This document shows positions 57,801-64,000 of a stretch of 64,000 nt of DNA, piece after piece. Source of the stretch: Leidyana gryllorum EB-2025a (Eukaryota > Protista > Apicomplexa); NCBI GenBank assembly GCA_048772705.1, contig JBLWGC010000217.1:1-64000 (forward strand), in the 5' to 3' direction. The number at the start of each line of letters is the position of its first letter. Positions within the stretch are counted from its first letter, which is position 1. Both the position numbers and the translations under genes were made by a program. Below the pieces are notes generated by a model. That model was not told the DNA's origin and made no database searches. It was given only the letters and a program-made list of their open reading frames with translations.

Positions 57801-59774
57801 CTGGAGCACTTTGCTCGAATGGTCCAGTGACTTCCACTGCCGGGACTTGAACCCGGATCGTGCGGGTGAAAGCCGCATATCCTAGCCACTTAGACTACAG
57901 TGGACGAGTGGTTGAGTTGGGGCTTCGGCCGAGAGCCGTACCGTCTTGGAAAATATGGATATGGAATGTCGGCGTGATCAAGTGAGTGGATCTCTGATAC
58001 AGATTCGGACTTAGTAACCAATTCCATTTGTATTGATCGTGGAATCTTGGGCCTCCCCAGGTACAGGGCGAGCTTCCTTGCCGCGCCAGCTCCGTCGGTA
58101 GAGCGCAAGACTTTCAATGGAGAGACGGCGGGTTCGGGCAGCGCGAGCAGTCCGAGTCAAGCTTGCTGAACCGTATGTGAAGCCACTGTCTGCGGAATGC
58201 CGAGTTCGGCGATTGGCAACTTGCCCGAGTGGTTAAGGGGGTAGACTAGAAATCTACTGGGCCTGGCCCGCGCTGGTTCAAATCCAGCAGTTGTCGTGCG
58301 ATGTGGTTGGAGAGGTAAACACCAACTGACACATGAATTTCTGGAAAAAACAACAATGTGTCCTCTGCATCTGCCGGGAATCGAACCCGGGTCGTCTCGA
58401 TGGCAACGAGACATTCTACCACTAGACCACAGATGCGTGACACCTCCATTCCTGACCACCAAGTAATGAGTCTGGAGCGGGGGATGGTTTTGGGCCTATG
58501 GCCAACGTACCGCGTCTGACTCCAGATCAGAAGGTTGGGTTTTCGAATCACTATGGGCTCAATCAGACTCTTTTGTTTTTCCCGTGTCAGGCTCAACCTG
58601 ACAAGAGTGGGATTCGAACATACGCCCTTTCGGACTGCGGCCTTAACACAGCGCCTTAGACCACTCGGCCATCTTGCCGAAGTGTTCTTGGCTCTCCACT
58701 TTACACGTTTTCTGTTCGTGAAGTCTCGAGAAGGGAGGACTTTTGGGGTTGAAGGCCGGTGTGTTTGTGAGCCACCGAGATAGTATGGTGGTTAGTATTT
58801 CCGCCTGTCACGCGGAAGACCCGGGTTCGATTCCCGGTCTCGGAGATAGATAGTCTTCCGCTCTAGATTCCGTGATGCTTGCCTGAACGATGCGTGTTAC
58901 AGCCACCGAGGATTGAACTCGGGACCTTCTGCGTGTTAAGCAGACGTCGTGACCGCTAGATGGCTGCACGGAGCTTCCGCACTGCCGAAGGGGCGTGTGT
59001 CTCTGGAAACGCGTATCCGATGAGCCTGGTTCATATGTACCGGCCTGTACCGGCCTAAGTTGGATGGCCTGGAGTAGTTAAGACCCTTCGTTCTGTATTC
59101 AGGAATGGAGGTGTCGCGCATCTGTGGTTTAGTGGTAGACTGTGTCGTTGCCGCCTAGACGACCCAGGTTCGATTCCCGCAGTTGCAGAGAAGATGGCAG
59201 ATGGTTGATTGAGGCACCATTCTGGGGTTTCAGGCTTGCTGTCTGCCCCTCCAATCACATCTCGCCCGACAACTGCTGGATTTGAACCAGCGCGGGTCAG
59301 GCCCAGTAAATTTCAAGTCTACCCCCTTAACCACTCGGGCAAGTTGCCACCTATCGGACTTGGCATCCCGCAGACAGTGGCTTCACGTACGGTTCAGCAA
59401 GCTTGACTCATCCCCTGTCTCAAATAAGATAACCAGTCTTTCGAACTCCGCCTGCCACGTCACTCGACAGCTGCTAGATTCGAACCAGCGGGGCCAGGCG
59501 ATACTGACGACTCAGGCGTTTGAGACAGTGAGGCTGTGGGTTGTGCGGTGGTGGCGCAATGGATAGCGTGTTGCCCTCCGGATGCAAAGGTTGTGGGTTC
59601 GAGTCCCGCCCACCGTTCTCGTGGTCTCGCTCAACAGTGGAATCGAGAAGAGTGGCTGCCATTCGGAGCCATGCAGACTTGCGCCATCCAAACTCAAGTT
59701 CGGCACCGCGGGCCACCACCCGATCTGTGCACTCTACCCTTTGAGCTAGCGGTCTCCAACTTCGAGGAGCTATT

Positions 59775-59895
59775 GCATGCCGTGCTTGATGAGTGGACGA
59801 TTGCCCATTGAAAATCTGCGGAACGCTGCTGGCATGCATGCCGTGCTTGATGAGTGGACGATTGCCCATTGAAAATCTGCGGAACGCTGCTGGCA
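59775..59895 (+). repeat. ~62-bp tandem duplication
   Basis: GCATGCCGTGCTTGATGAGTGG...GAACGCTGCTGGCA occurs twice; single copy at ~33403-33461. Confidence 0.85.
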
Positions 59896-60740
59896 AGCTC
59901 GAGTCGCACGGCTGCTAGGGATGACACCAAATGTCACAACCTCTCTGCCTCGGCCGTGGATCGAAGACGGGACTTTCAGATCTTCAGTCTGGCGCTTTCC
60001 CAACTGAGCTACCGAGGCGGTAGGTAGTCACGGGAGGCGGTGAAAATAAGCACTTATCGCGGCCGTATGTGGGGCCACTCCTCGCCGCATGCCGGAATCG
60101 ACAGTTGTCAACTTGCCCGAGTAGGGAAGGGGGGATTTCAACTGGGCCTGGGCCGCGCTGGTGCAGATCCAGCAGTGACACCAACTCACGCATGAATTCT
60201 GTGGTGGAAATGATGCTATTCCCAGCATCAAACCCTCATATGGATCGAGACAGCGAATGCCTTCTTAGCTTAGGGGCAGAGCATTCGCTTAGTAAGCGAA
60301 AGGTCGCCGGTTCGATTCCGGCAGAAGGCTTTGCTCGCGAGGCAATCAATTCTATAACGGTTCCCCTTCTGCGCACACTTAGCAGTGCGTCTTTTCGATC
60401 GACGGACTTTTGGATTATGAGCTCAACACTTTTCACTGAGCTACAGTGCTCAGTCTGCAACATGGAAGAAATAGCCTAAATGCAATTCTCGGGATGTTAG
60501 TTGCCCTGACTGCCCTACCGAAGTGGGCTAATGAAATGCTGTGTTGGTTCTGAGGGCAACTTGTCCGGTCGGGTCAACCGACGACCAAGAGGGCTGTTCT
60601 GGGAATCGAACCCAGGACTCCTTCCACCCCAAGGAAGGATCCAGAACAACAGCCGAATACTTGGGTGCATACAACCGGATATACAAATGGAGATTCGAAT
60701 CTACTGTGGCCTTTTCCAGCTTTTTTGGGATGATCGCCGC

Positions 60741-60824
60741 TGCACAGAATGGGATTCCAACCCATGCAGACTTGCGCCTACCAGAACTTGAGTCTGGCCC
60801 CTTAGACCACTCGGGCATCTGTGC
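60741..60824 (-). tRNA. tRNA-Leu-CAA: tRNA-Leu(CAA), T-loop C56G
   Basis: GCACAGA/TCTGTGC stem, CCAGA-CT-CAA-GT-TCTGG, variable arm. Confidence 0.8.
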
Positions 60825-61367
60825 ATTACTTGCCTTCTGAGTTCCAAAGTGTTAATGGCTTCCGTTGCGACCGCCAATGTCGTTCTGGCTGCGGTGTGCC
60901 GCCCCAAAGTACTCTCACGCCCCGGGGTGCTTAGATGGTAACGTATCTGACTGTAGTGGTGGCATCAGATATTCCACGAGTAAATTCCGTCCCACCCGAA
61001 GTTGAGGAGTGGACTTCTTGCAACGCAGTTCGTCTGACGCTCCTGTTCCATCCCATCCTGATCGATGCTTCGCCACCTCCACAGCCTCGCTCAAAGTCCG
61101 AGTCGTCTAGTGGGTTAGGACAGCACGTTGTGGCCGTGCAAACCCAGGCTCGATTCCTGGCTCGGACAGTATGTCTCCGGTGTCTCGGATGGAAACTCTT
61201 GCCCAGTCGACAACGCTTGATCGCGACACACTCTCATTTAACGCCCCCGTTGATTGGGAGTATGGCCCAATGGATGTGGCATCGGTCCACGGAAGTGGGG
61301 ATTGTGTGCTCGAGTCCCAGTAGCGTCTGGCCGAGTGGTCGGGTTTTATGATGCAACTCAGATTTTG

Positions 61368-61443
61368 TCTCAGCTGGGCAGACTTCACTCGGGATCGTAC
61401 GAGTGAGAGCCGCATATCTTAGCCGACCTTGGAGAGACGTGGA
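61368..61443 (-). pseudogene. Relic tRNA-Glu(CTC)
   Basis: TCCACG...GGCTAAGATATGCGGCTCTCACTCGTACGATCC. Confidence 0.75.
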
Positions 61444-61785
61444 GTGAGTCAACAATTGTAAGACGGGCTGTTCTGGGAATCGAACCCAGGACTCCTTTCA
61501 CCCTTAGGAAGGAACATACCACTAGACCAGACAGCGGAATGGGAAGGGGGATACAACCGGCTACGTACAGGCGTAAACTCGAAGTGATGGCTAAATCCGC
61601 CCTGGAATGATTACCATTGCACAGAATGGGTTCCGCAGCGATGCAGACTTGCGCCCACCAGAATGCCCTAGTGGGTAAGGCGCTGTCTTCAGACCCCACT
61701 CACATGGTCGTTAGTATCTTTCTCCCGCCTTTAAGTTCACTGGCTACCCGAAGAAACCCCAGACTAATTATTTCGATGCTGCATT

Positions 61786-61866
61786 GCGAGAATGCCCGAG
61801 AGGTTAAGGGGGTGGCCTTAAGATCCACTGGTTAATTCCGCGTGGGTTCGAACCCCACTTCTCGCA
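61786..61866 (+). tRNA. tRNA-Leu-TAA: tRNA-Leu(TAA)
   Basis: Matches 32211-32291. Confidence 0.85.
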
Positions 61867-63066
61867 TAAGGAGTCGAGTGTCGCTGGGAGAAAGGGTCGG
61901 CTACCGGCCGGATTCGCCGTAGTCAGATGCTGTACCAAGTGAGCGAACCCCCGTCGTGTGACCCTTGTACATCGAAGTTTGCTCCCGAACAGCCTCTATG
62001 AGCACCGCTTGCGGTGCTGCAACCCGCGACTGCAACACGCGAAGAGGCTATCGCTATCTATCCAATTCGCCATGTGGGCGGGCAGCATTTCAACAACCTT
62101 GGCCAGACATGATTGATCCTCGGTGGCTGGAGCTCGCAAGACAGAGCACCGAACGAAGTCTATAGCGAGCTGTGCTGTAAGACCGGCAATCGTACACAGG
62201 TGTTCCGCGTGACGGGCGGAAATACTAAAGACTTTGGTGGACCTGCCCAATGACTTGCATGGCTCCACCCTAAGGCAGATGGACTGTAACTAAGTTTCGC
62301 GTTTCCTTGTCGTCCTAGCTCTGTCGGTAGAGCGCAAGCCTCCTAATCTTGCAGTCGTAGATTGAAGTCCCGTGGGCGGTGCGGACCAATGAGTCGGGAG
62401 TAAGAATGCAGTATGTTGCCTACAAGCCCACCCAGCTGCATTTCCGCTGCCGGGACTCGAACCGGGATGGTGCGGGTAGGAGCCGCATATACTGACCACC
62501 TACACTAAAGGGGACGGGTCACCACAGTTGCACTGTTACTGACCTCTGAAACATTGTCGCTGGGTCTTGTAGCTCGGTCGGCAGAGCGTGTGGCTGTTAA
62601 CCACAAACCCGCCGGTTCGAAACCTGCCAGGACCGGTTTTAGAGGCACCCTAGACACTGACTGCGCTGCTCTCCCAATGGCACTTGTGGTCTGCGACCCT
62701 TCAAAGATGTAAGGTTGGGTTTGGCTCCCGCCACGTACAGCCGTAGCGTACTTTGGACGACCTGGGCGGCATCGATCCCAGTACCTCTCGCATGCTAAGC
62801 GAGCGCTCTACCATTTGAGCTAGTCGCCCATTGAGCAAACCCCAGTACATCCAGTTCTTTTTTACATGGTATGACCAGTCTCTCCACTTTGCACAAACGA
62901 AGCCACGCAGGAAACGGCTGGAGGGACCCGAATCCTCAACCTTCGCCTTAGGAGGGCAACGCGCTATGCATTGCGGCACAACCGCATTCGCAACCCATCC
63001 ACCGAGCTGCCCCAAGGTGTCTCCTCTTACACCTAACTAGTATCGAGATGACCGAAGCTTGTCTAT

Positions 63067-63139
63067 GGTGCGGTGGCCTAATGGATAGGGCATCGGTCTT
63101 CGGAACCGGGAGTTGTGGGTTCGAGTCCCATCCGCATCA
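63067..63139 (+). tRNA. tRNA-Arg-TCG: tRNA-Arg(TCG)
   Basis: Intact cloverleaf. Confidence 0.92.
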
Positions 63140-63242
63140 TAGCCTCTCACGCGAAAGACGTTCCGCAAGCTTGCTTGCCGCGCATGTCGAGTTGGAGTGC
63201 TCGTGATATGATTTTCCTTCCCTTGGAGAGTGCCTCTGAAAC

Positions 63243-63315
63243 CGGTCCTGGCAGGTTTCGAACCTGCGACTTTGTGGTTAACAGCCACACGCTCTGCCGA
63301 CTGAGCTACAAGACC
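63243..63315 (-). tRNA. tRNA-Asn-GTT: tRNA-Asn(GTT)
   Basis: Intact cloverleaf. Confidence 0.93.
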
Positions 63316-63540
63316 CAGCTACAATGTTTCAGAGGTTAGTATAGAGATCCTCCCTTATTCTAGCGCAGGATTCTGCAATCACGTCTTGTCAAGAGGGTAC
63401 GGCTCTCGGCTAAAGCTGCAGCTGAGGGAGTTGTCCACTGTAGTCTAAGTGGCTAGGATATGTGGCTTTCACCCGCACGATCCGGGTTCAAGTCCCGGCA
63501 GTGGAAATCCAGCTGAGTGTGCTTGCAGGCAACAGATCCA

Positions 63541-63613
63541 CACCGCCCGCGGGGCTCGAACCCGCGACTGCAAGATTAAAAGTCTTGCGCTCTACCGACT
63601 GAGCTAGGGCGGC
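63541..63613 (-). tRNA. tRNA-Lys-TTT: tRNA-Lys(TTT)
   Basis: Intact cloverleaf. Confidence 0.93.
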
Positions 63614-64000
63614 AAGGAAGCTCTAAACTTAGTTACACCCTCTTTGCCGTTGGGTGGAGCAGTGGAAGGATTGACTGGTGGAACAATGTGCTCAGTAACT
63701 GCCGTCAATAGTGACTGATGCGTGATTACCAGCTGATATTGCCTTCTAAGCTTAGGGGCAGAGCATTCGCTTAGTAAGCGAAAGGTCGCCGGTTCGATTC
63801 CGGCAGAAGGCTTGACTGCATCGACTGGGCACCAGCTCCAATCATCGTAGCTGAGTCTCTTAGCCACAAAGTCGCAGGTTTGGGACCTCCCAGTACCTGA
63901 GGCACCCACAGGGGGCCAGACCAGCTGAGACAAAATCTGAGTTGCAGCAGTTGTGAGGGGCTGGAACTGCTCTGAGACCGGGAATCGAACCCGGGTCTTC

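Larger units (their letters stand above)
1..64000. repeat. Shuffled mosaic array of eukaryotic tRNA genes and pseudogenes (whole window)
   Basis: A-box and B-box (GGTTCGAnTCC) cloverleafs recur every ~130-200 bp on both strands; the same gene+spacer modules recur in varying order and orientation. Confidence 0.98.

Noticed and set aside
488-63933. All ORFs in the six-frame track (60-194 aa)
   Set aside because: They are short, overlap tRNA genes on both strands, repeat tRNA-derived peptides (DPGSIPG, GFEP, RVRFP) and show no recognisable protein domain.
1-64000. CRISPR array interpretation of the repeat-spacer pattern
   Set aside because: The repeats are 71-84 nt cloverleaf tRNAs of many families on both strands, the spacers are themselves repeated, and there are no cas genes.
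1-64000. tRNA-derived SINE cluster
   Set aside because: Elements are full-length tRNAs with a coherent anticodon set and compensatory pairing, without A-tails, LINE-derived 3' ends or individual target-site duplications.
1-64000. Bacterial, phage or organellar tRNA array
   Set aside because: A34 anticodons in Ala, Arg, Ile, Leu, Pro, Ser, Thr and Val, a eukaryotic iMet, a C1:G72 Tyr with intron and general lack of encoded CCA indicate eukaryotic nuclear genes.
1-64000. 5S rRNA, U6 or spliced-leader genes interspersed with the tRNAs
   Set aside because: I found no recognisable motifs by eye; an Rfam scan would be needed to exclude them fully.

Overview
The whole window is a very dense, scrambled array of eukaryotic nuclear-type tRNA genes and tRNA pseudogenes on both strands. 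I counted about 40 tRNA-derived elements in the first 5.1 kb, so there are several hundred overall. Eukaryotic signs: no encoded 3'-CCA in most genes, A34 (inosine) anticodons, initiator Met with A1:T72 and a GATCGAAA T-loop, and an intron-containing Tyr with C1:G72. All 20 amino acids plus initiator Met are present; I saw no Ile-TAT, Leu-TAG, intact Arg-TCT or Sec. There is no fixed tandem unit. Blocks of about 0.3-2 kb recur in direct and inverted orientation and in shuffled order, with breakpoints often inside tRNA genes, producing chimeric and truncated genes. Many apparent spacers are older decayed tRNA genes. Notable single items are an Arg-type tRNA with a TCA (UGA-reading) anticodon at 29550-29622, several anticodon-switched copies, and a 290-bp solo-LTR-like insertion (25759-26048) with a 5-bp target-site duplication. 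No credible protein-coding gene is present; the ORF track is spurious translation of tDNA. The tRNA list is representative, not exhaustive, and repeat-block boundaries are approximate.
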